Positions 1 through 11,418 of a stretch of 64,000 nucleotides of DNA are shown one piece after another. Position 1 is the stretch's first letter. Each line of letters opens with the position of its first letter. This DNA comes from Escherichia coli (GTDB taxonomy: Bacteria; Pseudomonadota; Gammaproteobacteria; Enterobacterales; Enterobacteriaceae), in assembly GCF_030013595.1 (NCBI RefSeq), contig NZ_CP122768.1; one strand, written 5' to 3'. The notes under the pieces were generated by a model. It searched no databases. It saw only the letters and a program-made list of their open reading frames with translations, and had not been told where the DNA came from. Position numbers and translations under genes: made by a program.

Positions 1-758
1 AACAGCGAGCCGTAACACGGCTTTGTATCCAGTGTGGATTATTTCTTTTGCAACATGGTGCGGAAAGCGCGTTGGTTGATGAGCTTTCCTCACGACTGGG
101 TCGGGCGCTGGGAATGGACAGCGTCGAAAGTTCTATCTCTTCGAACGCCATAGTGCTGACAACTATTAAAGATGGGCAATGCCTGACATCGACACGAAAA
201 AATCAAGATCGCGGCATTAATATGCATGTGGTGACTGAAGTCCAGCACATTGTGATTCTGGCGGAGCATCATCTGCTGGATTACAAAGGTGTAGAGAAAC
301 GATTTAGCCAAATTCAGCCATTACGTTACCCGAGATGGCTGGTAGCCTTAATGGTCGGCCTTTCTTGCGCCTGTTTCTGTAAACTCAATAAAGGTGGCTG
401 GGATGGTGCCGTCATCACCTTCTTTGCCAGTACGGTCGCGATGTATATCCGCCAGCTACTGGCACAGCGTCATCTTCATCCACAGATCAACTTTTGCCTC
501 ACCGCTTTCGCCGCCACCACCATTTCCGGATTGCTTTTGCAACTTCCCACTTTCAGCAATACCCCCACCATCGCGATGGCCGCCAGCGTTCTGCTGCTGG
601 TGCCGGGCTTTCCGTTGATTAATGCCGTCGCCGATATGTTTAAAGGCCACATCAATACCGGACTGGCACGCTGGGCGATCGCCAGTCTGCTGACACTGGC
701 TACCTGCGTCGGCGTGGTGATGGCACTGACGATTTGGGGGCTACGCGGATGGGTGTGA
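1..758 (+). CDS. yjjP: YjjP-like inner-membrane protein, 5' end probably beyond the window edge
   Basis: ORF to 758 in the track (TTG at 48); reading frame stays open back to position 3; hydrophobic product; synteny with yjjB-dnaT-dnaC. Confidence 0.7.
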
Positions 759-1222
759 TCGAATTTCTGTTAGCGTTGGCGCAGGATATGATCCTCGCCG
801 CCATTCCTGCGGTCGGCTTTGCGATGGTGTTCAACGTTCCCGTGCGGGCGTTACGCTGGTGTGCGCTGCTTGGCTCGATAGGTCATGGTTCCCGAATGAT
901 CTTAATGACCAGCGGGCTGAATATTGAGTGGTCAACTTTTATGGCTTCTATGCTGGTCGGCACCATTGGTATTCAATGGTCGCGCTGGTATCTGGCGCAT
1001 CCGAAAGTGTTTACCGTGGCGGCTGTTATTCCTATGTTCCCTGGCATATCGGCTTATACCGCAATGATTTCGGCGGTAAAAATCAGCCAGCTAGGTTACA
1101 GCGAACCGTTGATGATTACCCTGTTAACCAACTTTCTTACAGCTTCATCAATTGTTGGTGCGTTATCCATCGGTCTTTCCATTCCTGGATTATGGTTGTA
1201 CCGCAAGCGCCCTCGCGTATAA
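749..1222 (+). CDS. yjjB: YjjB-like inner-membrane protein
   Basis: ORF 734..1222; internal ATG at 749 gives 157 aa; overlaps the end of yjjP as in the known operon. Confidence 0.75.
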
Positions 1223-1328
1223 AATTGCCTCGCTTAAGCACACGGATGAGAGACAGCCTCCTCTCCTCCGTGTGTTACTATAAAAGTTATCTCCCTTCTC
1301 GTTCATCGTTCCATATTTGAGAAACAGT

Positions 1329-1868
1329 ATGTCTTCCAGAGTTTTGACCCCGGACGTCGTTGGTATTGACGCCCTGGTACACGATCACCAAACCGTTCTG
1401 GCAAAAGCTGAAGGCGGTGTGGTTGCCGTATTTGCTAACAATGCCCCGGCGTTTTATGCCGTCACGCCTGCACGCCTGGCTGAACTGCTGGCGCTGGAAG
1501 AAAAGCTGGCGCGTCCGGGAAGCGATGTCGCTCTGGACGATCAACTCTATCAGGAACCGCAAGCTGCTCCCGTTGCTGTACCCATGGGGAAATTCGCCAT
1601 GTATCCGGACTGGCAACCCGATGCCGACTTTATCCGCCTGGCGGCGCTATGGGGCGTGGCACTAAGAGAGCCGGTGACCACCGAAGAACTGGCCTCATTC
1701 ATTGCCTACTGGCAGGCGGAAGGTAAAGTCTTTCACCATGTTCAGTGGCAACAAAAACTGGCGCGCAGCCTGCAAATCGGTCGTGCCAGCAACGGCGGAC
1801 TGCCGAAACGAGATGTGAATACGGTCAGTGAACCTGACAGCCAAATTCCACCAGGATTCAGAGGGTAA
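1329..1868 (+). CDS. dnaT: primosomal protein DnaT
   Basis: ORF 1317..1868; product from ATG 1329 ([18 protein letters not shown]...) is 179 aa and matches DnaT from memory; 2-nt gap to dnaC. Confidence 0.9.
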
Positions 1869-1870
1869 CG

Positions 1871-2608
1871 ATGAAAAACGTTGGCGACCTGATGCAACGC
1901 CTGCAAAAAATGATGCCTGCCCATATCAAACCTGCTTTCAAAACGGGTGAAGAACTACTGGCCTGGCAGAAAGAACAAGGGGCGATCCGCTCCGCCGCTC
2001 TCGAACGTGAAAATCGGGCGATGAAAATGCAGCGCACCTTTAACCGCTCCGGTATTCGTCCACTGCATCAGAACTGCTCCTTTGAGAACTATCGCGTTGA
2101 GTGTGAAGGGCAAATGAATGCGTTAAGCAAAGCGCGCCAGTATGTCGAAGAGTTTGACGGCAACATCGCCAGCTTCATCTTTTCTGGTAAGCCAGGAACC
2201 GGCAAAAACCATCTGGCGGCGGCAATCTGCAACGAGCTGCTGCTACGCGGTAAATCCGTATTGATCATCACCGTGGCCGATATTATGTCGGCGATGAAAG
2301 ATACCTTCAGGAATAGCGGTACCAGCGAAGAACAACTGCTTAACGATCTGAGCAATGTTGATCTGCTGGTGATCGATGAGATCGGCGTGCAAACCGAATC
2401 GAAATACGAAAAAGTGATCATCAACCAGATCGTCGATCGCCGCTCTTCTTCCAAACGCCCAACCGGGATGCTGACCAACAGTAATATGGAAGAGATGACC
2501 AAGTTGCTGGGCGAACGCGTGATGGACCGTATGCGCCTGGGTAACAGTTTGTGGGTGATCTTCAACTGGGATAGCTACCGTAGCCGGGTAACGGGTAAAG
2601 AGTATTAA
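1871..2608 (+). CDS. dnaC: DNA replication helicase loader DnaC
   Basis: 245-aa ORF with Walker A (GKPGTGKNHLAAA) and Walker B (LLVIDEIG); immediately downstream of dnaT. Confidence 0.95.
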   Translation: MKNVGDLMQRLQKMMPAHIKPAFKTGEELLAWQKEQGAIRSAALERENRAMKMQRTFNRSGIRPLHQNCSFENYRVECEGQMNALSKARQYVEEFDGNIASFIFSGKPGTGKNHLAAAICNELLLRGKSVLIITVADIMSAMKDTFRNSGTSEEQLLNDLSNVDLLVIDEIGVQTESKYEKVIINQIVDRRSSSKRPTGMLTNSNMEEMTKLLGERVMDRMRLGNSLWVIFNWDSYRSRVTGKEY

Positions 2609-2656
2609 TCCTCGTTTCTGGCGGTATACTGCGACACAATTCCACCTTGAGTAATG

Positions 2657-3151
2657 ATGATGAAAACTGTTAAACATCTTCTGTGCTGTGCCATTGCCGC
2701 CAGCGCATTAATTTCCACCGGGGTGCATGCTGCGTCCTGGAAAGATGCGCTCTCCAGCGCCGCCAGCGAACTTGGCAACCAAAACAGCACGACACAGGAA
2801 GGCGGTTGGTCGCTCGCGTCATTAACTAACTTGCTTAGCAGCGGAAACCAGGCCTTAAGCGCAGATAACATGAACAATGCCGCAGGCATTCTGCAATACT
2901 GCGCGAAGCAAAAGCTGGCTTCGGTAACCGATGCCGAAAACATCAAGAATCAGGTACTGGAAAAACTGGGCCTGAACAGTGAAGAGCAAAAAGAAGACAC
3001 CAATTATCTGGATGGCATTCAGGGTTTGCTGAAAACTAAAGATGGTCAGCAACTCAATCTGGATAATATCGGAACGACTCCGCTGGCAGAAAAGGTGAAA
3101 ACCAAAGCCTGCGATCTGGTGTTAAAGCAGGGGCTGAACTTCATTTCCTGA
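2657..3151 (+). CDS. yjjA: YjjA-like secreted protein of unknown function
   Basis: ORF 2654..3151 with signal-peptide-like N-terminus (MKTVKHLLCCAIAASALISTGVHA); position after dnaC. Confidence 0.75.
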   Translation: MMKTVKHLLCCAIAASALISTGVHAASWKDALSSAASELGNQNSTTQEGGWSLASLTNLLSSGNQALSADNMNNAAGILQYCAKQKLASVTDAENIKNQVLEKLGLNSEEQKEDTNYLDGIQGLLKTKDGQQLNLDNIGTTPLAEKVKTKACDLVLKQGLNFIS

Positions 3152-3403
3152 ACCGCGAAACGCCGCGTTTTAGCTGTTACCGGCTGACGCGGCTCTCTCC
3201 TGCCCTTTTCCCTGCTCCTGGACGGTTTTACCCCTGTTACACGGGAAGCGACCGCGATCAAAAAAGTCTGTTTATAAACTAATTCCTAACAACATCGCAT
3301 TTTTTTGACACTAGAATTGCAGCAATATGGCGACGCCATTACATTGTGCTTCTCAAAAAGCTTAAACGTTGGCTAAACGGCCCGGTTTAGTGAGGATCGC
3401 CCG

Positions 3404-5695
3404 TTGTCAGAACTACTCTCTTTCGCCCTTTTTCTCGCCTCTGTGCTGATTTACGCATGGAAAGCGGGACGTAACACCTGGTGGTTTGCAGCCACGTTAA
3501 CGGTGCTGGGGCTATTTGTCGTTTTAAATATCACCCTGTTTGCCAGCGACTATTTTACTGGCGATGGTATTAACGACGCGGTTCTCTATACCTTAACCAA
3601 CAGCCTGACCGGTGCTGGCGTCAGCAAATACATCCTGCCGGGTATCGGCATTGTGCTGGGGCTGACGGCGGTGTTCGGTGCGCTGGGCTGGATCCTGCGC
3701 CGTCGTCGTCATCATCCGCACCATTTTGGTTACAGCCTGCTGGCACTCTTACTGGCGCTGGGTTCAGTGGATGCCAGCCCGGCATTTCGTCAGATAACGG
3801 AACTGGTGAAATCCCAGTCACGCGACGGCGACCCGGACTTTGCGGCTTATTATAAAGAGCCGTCGAAAACTATCCCTGACCCGAAACTCAACCTGGTTTA
3901 TATCTACGGCGAAAGTCTCGAGCGGACCTATTTTGATAACGAAGCTTTCCCGGATCTCACGCCTGAACTGGGCGCGTTGAAAAATGAAGGCCTGGATTTC
4001 AGCCACACGCAGCAGCTGCCGGGAACGGATTACACGATTGCAGGCATGGTGGCTTCTCAGTGTGGCATACCGCTGTTTGCCCCCTTTGAAGGCAACGCCT
4101 CCGCCTCTGTCTCCAGCTTCTTCCCGCAGAACATCTGTCTGGGCGATATCCTGAAAAACTCGGGTTATCAGAACTATTTCGTGCAGGGCGCGAATCTGCG
4201 TTTTGCCGGTAAAGATGTGTTCCTGAAATCGCACGGCTTCGACCACTTATACGGCTCAGAAGAGCTGAAAAGCGTGGTGGCCGACCCGCACTATCGCAAC
4301 GACTGGGGATTCTACGACGATACCGTTCTCGATGAAGCGTGGAAAAAGTTTGAAGAGCTTTCCCGCTCAGGTCAGCGATTCTCACTGTTTACCCTGACAG
4401 TCGATACCCATCACCCGGATGGTTTTATCTCGCGTACCTGTAACCGCAAAAAATATGATTTTGACGGTAAGCCGAATCAGTCATTCAGCGCGGTAAGTTG
4501 CAGCCAGGAGAATATCGCGACGTTTATCAACAAAATCAAAGCGTCACCGTGGTTTAAAGATACCGTCATCGTCGTCTCTTCTGACCATTTAGCGATGAAC
4601 AACACGGCGTGGAAATACCTTAATAAACAGGATCGCAATAACCTGTTTTTTGTCATTCGTGGCGACAAGCCGCAGCAAGAGACGCTGGCAGTGAAGCGTA
4701 ACACGATGGATAACGGCGCGACGGTGCTGGACATTCTCGGTGGCGATAACTATCTCGGACTTGGTCGTAGCAGTTTATCCGGGCAGTCGATGTCGGAAAT
4801 CTTCCTCAATATCAAAGAGAAAACATTGGCGTGGAAGCCGGATATCATCCGCCTGTGGAAATTCCCTAAAGAGATGAAAGAGTTCACCATCGACCAGCAG
4901 AAAAACATGATTGCCTTCTCGGGTAGCCATTTCCGTTTGCCATTGCTGTTGCGGGTTTCAGACAAACGCGTGGAACCGCTGCCGGAAAGTGAATACTCAG
5001 CACCGCTGCGTTTCCAGCTGGCCGATTTCGCTCCACGCGACAATTTCGTCTGGGTTGACCGTTGCTACAAGATGGCACAACTCTGGGCTCCGGAACTGGC
5101 ACTTTCCACCGACTGGTGTGTCTCGCAAGGGCAGCTTGGCGGTCAGCAAATTGTCCAGCATGTTGACAAAACAACATGGAAGGGCAAAACGGTATTTAAA
5201 GATACGGTCATCGACATGGCGCGTTACAAAGGCAATGTCGATACGCTGAAGATTGTTGATAACGATATTCGCTACAAAGCCGACAGTTTCATCTTTAACG
5301 TCGCCGGTGCGCCAGAAGAGGTGAAACAGTTTAGCGGAATTTCCCGTCCGGAGTCGTGGGGCCGCTGGTCCAACGCTCAGCTGGGCGATGAAGTAAAAAT
5401 CGAGTACAAGCATCCGCTGCCGAAGAAATTTGACCTGGTGATTACCGCCAAAGCATACGGCAATAACGCCAGCCGTCCTATTCCGGTACGCGTAGGCAAT
5501 GAAGAACAAACCCTTGTGCTGGGCAATGAAGTGACCACCACCACACTGCATTTCGATAACCCAACCGATGCAGACACACTGGTAATTGTGCCGCCGGAAC
5601 CTGTCTCAACCAACGAAGGGAATATCCTCGGACACTCGCCGCGTAAGCTCGGGATCGGCATGGTGGAAATTAAAGTGGTAGAACGTGAAGGGTAA
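3404..5695 (+). CDS. opgB: phosphoglycerol transferase I (sulfatase-family membrane enzyme)
   Basis: 763-aa ORF with TTG start; N-terminal TM helices followed by a sulfatase-like domain; matches OpgB/MdoB from memory. Confidence 0.9.
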   Translation: MSELLSFALFLASVLIYAWKAGRNTWWFAATLTVLGLFVVLNITLFASDYFTGDGINDAVLYTLTNSLTGAGVSKYILPGIGIVLGLTAVFGALGWILRRRRHHPHHFGYSLLALLLALGSVDASPAFRQITELVKSQSRDGDPDFAAYYKEPSKTIPDPKLNLVYIYGESLERTYFDNEAFPDLTPELGALKNEGLDFSHTQQLPGTDYTIAGMVASQCGIPLFAPFEGNASASVSSFFPQNICLGDILKNSGYQNYFVQGANLRFAGKDVFLKSHGFDHLYGSEELKSVVADPHYRNDWGFYDDTVLDEAWKKFEELSRSGQRFSLFTLTVDTHHPDGFISRTCNRKKYDFDGKPNQSFSAVSCSQENIATFINKIKASPWFKDTVIVVSSDHLAMNNTAWKYLNKQDRNNLFFVIRGDKPQQETLAVKRNTMDNGATVLDILGGDNYLGLGRSSLSGQSMSEIFLNIKEKTLAWKPDIIRLWKFPKEMKEFTIDQQKNMIAFSGSHFRLPLLLRVSDKRVEPLPESEYSAPLRFQLADFAPRDNFVWVDRCYKMAQLWAPELALSTDWCVSQGQLGGQQIVQHVDKTTWKGKTVFKDTVIDMARYKGNVDTLKIVDNDIRYKADSFIFNVAGAPEEVKQFSGISRPESWGRWSNAQLGDEVKIEYKHPLPKKFDLVITAKAYGNNASRPIPVRVGNEEQTLVLGNEVTTTTLHFDNPTDADTLVIVPPEPVSTNEGNILGHSPRKLGIGMVEIKVVEREG

Positions 5696-5709
5696 TTCCT
5701 GACTGATGT

Positions 5710-5738
5710 GTAGGTCGCATAAGGTGCGACCTACACAC
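5710..5738. terminator. stem-loop between convergent opgB and lgoD
   Basis: inverted repeat gtgtaggtcgca / tgcgacctacac with loop taagg, seen directly. Confidence 0.5.
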
Positions 5739-5833
5739 CTTCTCCGGCCTACAAAACATCATTGAGAAACAGAAAAAAACAGCGCCCAACACTTCCCCGG
5801 ACGCTGCATGGCAACTTTAATAATCTCGCCTTA

Positions 5834-6856
5834 TCAGAAAGTAATTACACCCTTAATCAACTCACGATTGTTAATCACATCGCGCTCGTAGGTTTCTGCC
5901 AGCGTGGCGAACGGATAGCGATGGGTTAACATCATGTCGGCAGTGATTTTCCCTTCCGCCATCAGTCGACCGACTTTAGCGAAATCTTCCGGCGTGGCGT
6001 TGCGGCTGCCCATCATCGTCGTTTCTTTTTTATGGAATTCCGGATCGGAGAACTGCAACTCACCTTTAAACAGGCCGACAAATACCACCGTGCCGCCGTG
6101 ACGAATCAGATTCACGGTGTTATTCATCGCATGTTGATTACCTGTCGCGTCGATCACTTTCTGCGCCAGAGAACCACCAAACTGCGCCCGCAGCTGCGCG
6201 TCAAAATCTTCGGCTGACGGGTCCAGTACAGGTAATTCCAGACGTGTTGCCACATGTTCACGGCGCGCCGGACTGGTATCCGCCACCACCACCTGTGCGC
6301 CATCGGCTTTAGCGATTGCCGCCGCGCCCAGACCGATTGGCCCCGCCCCGACCACCAGCACCTGCTCGCCGGGAGCAATGGCTGCGCGACGCACCGCATG
6401 AGCGCTAATAGCGAAAGGTTCAATCAATGCTGCCGCCTGCGGGTCAATACCATCTGCGGGCAAAATGTTCGCCACCGGCACGCTCAAATACTCACTAAAA
6501 CCGCCATCCTGATGCACGCCAATGACTGAAATTTTTTCACAGCAATTGGTACGCCCGCTTTTACACGCCGGGCATTGCTGACAGGCAACATAAGGGATCA
6601 CAGCAACTTGCTGACCATTTTTAAGATCAGCAATATTTTTACCCAGCCCAACAATCTCCCCACATATTTCATGGCCTAAAACCCGTGGATAACTAAAAAA
6701 TGGTTGATTTCCACCCCAGGCATGAATATCGGTACCGCAAATCCCGACAGACTTAATTTTTATTAATGCTTCATTGTCACCCGGAATAGGTATCTCGCGT
6801 TGTTTCCAGACTAATTCTTTCGGCTGCTGGCAAATTAAAACATTCATCGTAGACAT
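5834..6856 (-). CDS. lgoD: L-galactonate 5-dehydrogenase (Zn-dependent MDR family)
   Basis: ORF 5834..6871 minus; start MSTMNV at 6856 gives 340 aa; Zn-ADH motifs (GHEICGE, CxxCxxC) and Rossmann VVGAGPIG. Confidence 0.85.
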   Translation of the reverse strand: MSTMNVLICQQPKELVWKQREIPIPGDNEALIKIKSVGICGTDIHAWGGNQPFFSYPRVLGHEICGEIVGLGKNIADLKNGQQVAVIPYVACQQCPACKSGRTNCCEKISVIGVHQDGGFSEYLSVPVANILPADGIDPQAAALIEPFAISAHAVRRAAIAPGEQVLVVGAGPIGLGAAAIAKADGAQVVVADTSPARREHVATRLELPVLDPSAEDFDAQLRAQFGGSLAQKVIDATGNQHAMNNTVNLIRHGGTVVFVGLFKGELQFSDPEFHKKETTMMGSRNATPEDFAKVGRLMAEGKITADMMLTHRYPFATLAETYERDVINNRELIKGVITF

Positions 6857-6994
6857 GATTCGGCTCTCCATTTTTTGTTGCCTTAGATATCAATGAAAAT
6901 GAAAAATGGCAGCGGAACGGAAAATCTGTTTTGTGAAAACACACGCATAAAAATGTTTTAAATCGGGTTTTAATGGACTCACAAGGAGGAAAAT

Positions 6995-7909
6995 ATGAGT
7001 CGTTCACAAAATTTACGCCACAATGTGATTAACCAGGTCATTGATGATATGGCGCGGGGTCATATCCCTTCCCCACTTCCATCGCAAAGTGCGCTGGCGG
7101 AAATGTACAACATCAGCCGCACTACAGTGCGTCATATTCTCAGCCACTTACGCGAATGCGGCGTCTTAACGCAGGTTGGAAACGACTATGTTATTGCGCG
7201 TAAACCTGACCATGATGACGGTTTCGCCTGTACTACCGCTTCAATGAGTGAACAAAACAAAGTGTTTGAGCAGGCTTTTTTCACGATGATAAACCAGCGC
7301 CAGTTACGCCCTGGGGAAACTTTTTCTGAACTGCAACTGGCTCGGGCCGCGGGTGTCAGCCCGGTTGTAGTAAGAGAATATCTTTTAAAATTCGGCCGTT
7401 ATAATCTTATTCAAAGCGAAAAGCGCGGCCAGTGGAGCATGAAGCAATTCGATCAATCCTACGCCGAGCAGCTGTTTGAACTACGCGAAATGCTCGAAAC
7501 ACATTCACTTCAGCACTTTCTCAACCTGCCTGATCATGATCCCCGCTGGCTGCAGGCGAAAACCATGCTCGAACGTCATCGGCTACTGCGTGACAACATC
7601 GGCAATAGCTTTCGCATGTTCTCGCAACTTGACAGAGATTTTCACTCCTTACTGCTTTCAGCTGCCGACAATATCTTTTTTGATCAATCTCTTGAGATCA
7701 TCTCAGTCATCTTTCATTTTCACTATCAATGGGACGAAAGCGATCTTAAACAGCGCAATATCATTGCCGTCGATGAGCATATGACCATTCTCAGCGCTCT
7801 GATTTGCCGCAGTGACCTTGATGCCACCCTTGCGCTCCGTAACCATTTGAATTCAGCTAAACAATCAATGATTCGATCCATTAATGAGAACACGCGTTAT
7901 GCTCATTAA
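6995..7909 (+). CDS. lgoR: GntR/FadR-family transcriptional regulator of L-galactonate catabolism
   Basis: 304-aa ORF with N-terminal wHTH; divergent from lgoD. Confidence 0.85.
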   Translation: MSRSQNLRHNVINQVIDDMARGHIPSPLPSQSALAEMYNISRTTVRHILSHLRECGVLTQVGNDYVIARKPDHDDGFACTTASMSEQNKVFEQAFFTMINQRQLRPGETFSELQLARAAGVSPVVVREYLLKFGRYNLIQSEKRGQWSMKQFDQSYAEQLFELREMLETHSLQHFLNLPDHDPRWLQAKTMLERHRLLRDNIGNSFRMFSQLDRDFHSLLLSAADNIFFDQSLEIISVIFHFHYQWDESDLKQRNIIAVDEHMTILSALICRSDLDATLALRNHLNSAKQSMIRSINENTRYAH

Positions 7910-8123
7910 GTACGGATTAAAAACAGCAAACTATTAGCGGGTGCACGGTTTTATCAAAAGATAAATACCGGGAAATTCCCGCTTACCTATGCTCACAATC
8001 AGTCGACTAAAAATGTTTTTGTGAGCGGTAGTAAAGTCCTAAAACTTTAACCTGCCGTTAATGTCAACCTTGCGTAATGCACAATTACGTAAACAATTAA
8101 AATTATAAATACAGGAGTCCGGC

Positions 8124-9485
8124 GTGGAAAAAGAAAATATCACCTTCGATCCGCGTTCTTCATTTACTCCATCTTCATCGGCAGATATTCCCGTGCCACC
8201 AGATGGATTAGTTCAACGCAGTACCCGAATTAAACGCATTCAAACCACCGCCATGTTGTTATTATTTTTTGCGGCGGTAATCAATTATCTCGACCGCAGT
8301 TCGCTGTCGGTAGCAAATTTAACGATTCGTGAAGAATTGGGATTAAGTGCCACCGAAATCGGCGCTTTGCTCTCCGTGTTTTCACTCGCTTACGGGATTG
8401 CGCAACTTCCTTGCGGCCCACTATTGGATCGTAAAGGCCCACGCCTGATGCTGGGACTGGGGATGTTCTTCTGGTCACTGTTCCAGGCCATGTCTGGCAT
8501 GGTGCACAGCTTTACGCAGTTCGTGTTGGTGCGTATTGGTATGGGGATTGGTGAAGCGCCGATGAACCCATGCGGTGTAAAAGTCATTAACGACTGGTTC
8601 AACATCAAAGAGCGCGGACGCCCGATGGGCTTCTTCAACGCAGCTTCTACCATTGGCGTTGCCGTAAGCCCACCGATTCTTGCGGCGATGATGCTGGTGA
8701 TGGGCTGGCGCGGGATGTTTATTACCATTGGTGTACTGGGGATTTTTCTCGCCATCGGCTGGTATATGCTCTATCGCAACCGCGAGCACGTAGAACTGAC
8801 TGCCGTTGAACAAGCTTATCTCAATGCAGGTAGCGTCAATGCCCGCCGAGATCCGCTCAGTTTTGCCGAATGGCGCAGCCTGTTCCGTAACCGCACAATG
8901 TGGGGAATGATGCTCGGATTCAGTGGCATCAACTACACTGCGTGGCTGTATCTGGCCTGGCTTCCTGGTTACCTGCAAACAGCCTATAACCTGGATTTAA
9001 AAAGCACAGGATTGATGGCGGCTATCCCTTTCCTGTTTGGGGCTGCCGGGATGCTGGTCAACGGTTACGTTACCGACTGGCTGGTCAAAGGGGGAATGGC
9101 TCCGATTAAAAGCCGTAAGATCTGCATTATTGCCGGGATGTTCTGTTCTGCCGCCTTTACGCTGGTCGTACCGCAAGCGACAACATCCATGACGGCGGTT
9201 CTGCTGATTGGCATGGCACTGTTCTGTATTCACTTTGCCGGAACATCCTGCTGGGGCTTGATCCACGTCGCAGTTGCTTCTCGCATGACTGCATCGGTGG
9301 GCAGTATCCAGAACTTTGCCAGCTTCATCTGCGCCTCTTTCGCGCCGATCATTACTGGTTTTATTGTTGATACCACCCACTCATTCCGTCTGGCACTAAT
9401 CATCTGCGGTTGCGTCACCGCAGCGGGGGCACTGGCGTACATCTTCCTGGTTCGTCAGCCGATCAACGACCCGCGTAAAGATTAA
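8124..9485 (+). CDS. lgoT: MFS transporter, L-galactonate:H+ symporter
   Basis: 453-aa ORF (GTG start), 12-TM MFS-like hydrophobicity; synteny with lgoR. Confidence 0.85.
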   Translation: MEKENITFDPRSSFTPSSSADIPVPPDGLVQRSTRIKRIQTTAMLLLFFAAVINYLDRSSLSVANLTIREELGLSATEIGALLSVFSLAYGIAQLPCGPLLDRKGPRLMLGLGMFFWSLFQAMSGMVHSFTQFVLVRIGMGIGEAPMNPCGVKVINDWFNIKERGRPMGFFNAASTIGVAVSPPILAAMMLVMGWRGMFITIGVLGIFLAIGWYMLYRNREHVELTAVEQAYLNAGSVNARRDPLSFAEWRSLFRNRTMWGMMLGFSGINYTAWLYLAWLPGYLQTAYNLDLKSTGLMAAIPFLFGAAGMLVNGYVTDWLVKGGMAPIKSRKICIIAGMFCSAAFTLVVPQATTSMTAVLLIGMALFCIHFAGTSCWGLIHVAVASRMTASVGSIQNFASFICASFAPIITGFIVDTTHSFRLALIICGCVTAAGALAYIFLVRQPINDPRKD

Positions 9486-9493
9486 ACTCCCTA

Positions 9494-9528
9494 TGCCCGA
9501 TAACATTTTGCTTATCGGGCATTTTTAT
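9494..9528 (+). terminator. rho-independent terminator after lgoT
   Basis: hairpin atgcccgataa / ttatcgggcat followed by ttttta. Confidence 0.6.
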
Positions 9529-9533
9529 GGCGA

Positions 9534-11198
9534 TTAAAACGTTTCCCAGTTCTCCCCGCTATCTGCCACGGCCATTTTACGCGGCGTAGCTGGCGTCACG
9601 GTTTTTACTACAGCCGATGTTTCACGCTGCTGTTGCTGCTGTTGCTGAATCCGGAACACTGCCACAGCTTCGGTCAGGCGACTGGCCTGCTCTTCCAGCG
9701 CGGCAGCGGCGGCGGCAGATTCTTCCACCAGCGCGGCGTTCTGTTGAGTTACCCGGTCCATCTCAGCAACCGCTAATCCAACCTGATCGATACCACGGCT
9801 CTGCTCATCAGAAGCAGAAGCAATTTCGCCCATAATGTCCGTCACGCGGGTCACGGCACTGACAATCTCCGCCATTGTTTCCCCTGCGCTTTCGACCAGC
9901 GTAGAGCCAACATCTACTTTCCCCACCGAGTCTTCAATCAGGCTTTTAATTTCACGAGCCGCCTGAGCGCTGCGCTGGGCCAGATTACGCACTTCACCCG
10001 CGACCACCGCAAAACCGCGCCCTTGCTCACCCGCGCGCGCTGCTTCAACCGCCGCGTTCAAAGCCAGAATATTGGTCTGGAAGGCAATGCCGTCAATTAC
10101 GCTGATAATATCGGCGATTTTCTGCGAACTGGTGGAGATATCGCGCATAGTCTGCACCACGTTATCTACCACTTTGCCGCCGCGTTGCGCCGTTTCGGAA
10201 GCACTTAACGCCAGGTGGCTGGCCTGACGCGCATTTTCGGCGTTCTGCTTCACCGTTGCGGTCAGTTGCTCCATGCTGGCTGCCGTCTCTTCCAGCGAAG
10301 CGGCCTGTTGCTCGGTGCGCGAAGAGAGATCGTTATTGCCGGTGGCGATTTCGCTGGCACCGCTATAGATGGCATTGGCCCCGTTGCGCACATCACCGAC
10401 GGTACGCATCAGCTCTCCCTGCATATGGCGCAAACTCTCTGCCAGTTGCCCCATCTCATTAGAGCCATCCACCTCAATCGGTTTCACCAGATCGCCGCCT
10501 GCAATATGACGAATGCTGTCAATCAGGCGATTCATTGGCGCTACCAACGAGGCTTTAATACCGAACCAGACGGCGAAGATGACCGCCAGTACGACGATCA
10601 TCACGCCCACCAGAATCCACATCGCCTGGCTGTAGGAGGCATTATTATCGCTGACGGCGATATCATAGAGCCGATCGTTTTGCTCCATGTAAGCCACATA
10701 CTGCTTCTCGAAACCGTCCTGATATCCCTGGGTTGGCTGATCAAAGAACTCGTTGATTTTGCCTGCACCTAACAGTTGGATCAGCTCCGCCAGCGCATTG
10801 TGATAAATATCGTAATTACGTTTGATCTCTGCCGCTGCGGCGGTGCTCTGACGCGGGTCACGCGGCAACGCTTCGTAATCCGCCCAGTTTTTTTCCGCCT
10901 GTTTCAGCGAAATACTGGCACTCTGCATTAGCTCAGCAACGGTTGAACCGCTACCAATATTATTCTGATCCATCATGTAGCGGATACCCGCGCGGTTGAG
11001 GGTGTTACGCGTCTGCAACAACGCAACCCAGCTGCCATTCAGCGTGGATTGCTGCTGGCGAATGGTTTGTAAAACAGTGAAATTTTCTTTGTCATTCTTT
11101 AAGGCATTAAAGAACAGACCGCCTGATGTCAGTTGTAAAAGGCCAAAAACGGCCAAAACCAGCAGTAAGCTGGTCACAATTTTGATACGTTTTAACAT
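9534..11198 (-). CDS. tsr: methyl-accepting chemotaxis protein I (serine chemoreceptor)
   Basis: 554-aa ORF with HAMP, methylation helices and C-terminal NWETF pentapeptide; poly-Q tract near the C-terminus. Confidence 0.95.
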   Translation of the reverse strand: MLKRIKIVTSLLLVLAVFGLLQLTSGGLFFNALKNDKENFTVLQTIRQQQSTLNGSWVALLQTRNTLNRAGIRYMMDQNNIGSGSTVAELMQSASISLKQAEKNWADYEALPRDPRQSTAAAAEIKRNYDIYHNALAELIQLLGAGKINEFFDQPTQGYQDGFEKQYVAYMEQNDRLYDIAVSDNNASYSQAMWILVGVMIVVLAVIFAVWFGIKASLVAPMNRLIDSIRHIAGGDLVKPIEVDGSNEMGQLAESLRHMQGELMRTVGDVRNGANAIYSGASEIATGNNDLSSRTEQQAASLEETAASMEQLTATVKQNAENARQASHLALSASETAQRGGKVVDNVVQTMRDISTSSQKIADIISVIDGIAFQTNILALNAAVEAARAGEQGRGFAVVAGEVRNLAQRSAQAAREIKSLIEDSVGKVDVGSTLVESAGETMAEIVSAVTRVTDIMGEIASASDEQSRGIDQVGLAVAEMDRVTQQNAALVEESAAAAAALEEQASRLTEAVAVFRIQQQQQQQRETSAVVKTVTPATPRKMAVADSGENWETF

Positions 11199-11228
11199 GG
11201 TTTCTCTTTCCTGTGGACCGATGCAAGA

Positions 11229-11255
11229 TTTTCGGCCTGGAAAGGAAAAACTTTA
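11229..11255 (-). promoter_or_regulatory. sigma-28 (FliA)-type promoter upstream of tsr
   Basis: minus-strand TAAAGTTT, 11-nt spacer, GCCGAAAA, read directly; matches the class III flagellar promoter consensus TAAAGTTT-N11-GCCGATAA. Confidence 0.5.
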
Positions 11256-11341
11256 TGAATATCCCGCGGAGATTACGCCGAGTAATTTTATTCACACTCT
11301 GAATTTAAAAAACCATTATTTACATAAATTATTCACAATAT

Positions 11342-11367
11342 AAATATGTGATATGAATCACATATTT
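11342..11367. promoter_or_regulatory. CRP-binding site in the btsT upstream region
   Basis: perfect palindrome aaatatGTGATatgaaTCACAtattt (TGTGA-N6-TCACA core at 11347..11362). Confidence 0.55.
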
Positions 11368-11390
11368 ATCGTCACTTAAACGACGCCTTT

Positions 11391-11418
11391 GCCGCTCAAC
11401 CGCAAAACTGACCGCTTA
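11391..11418 (+). promoter_or_regulatory. putative BtsR (YehT, LytTR-type) direct-repeat operator
   Basis: direct repeats GCCGCTCA and ACCGCTTA 12 nt apart, resembling the ACC(G/A)CT(C/T)A repeats reported for the yjiY promoter. Confidence 0.4.

Noticed and set aside
4997-5551. 184-aa minus-strand ORF
   Set aside because: Antisense to opgB; shadow ORF
10215-10772. 185-aa plus-strand ORF
   Set aside because: Antisense to tsr; shadow ORF
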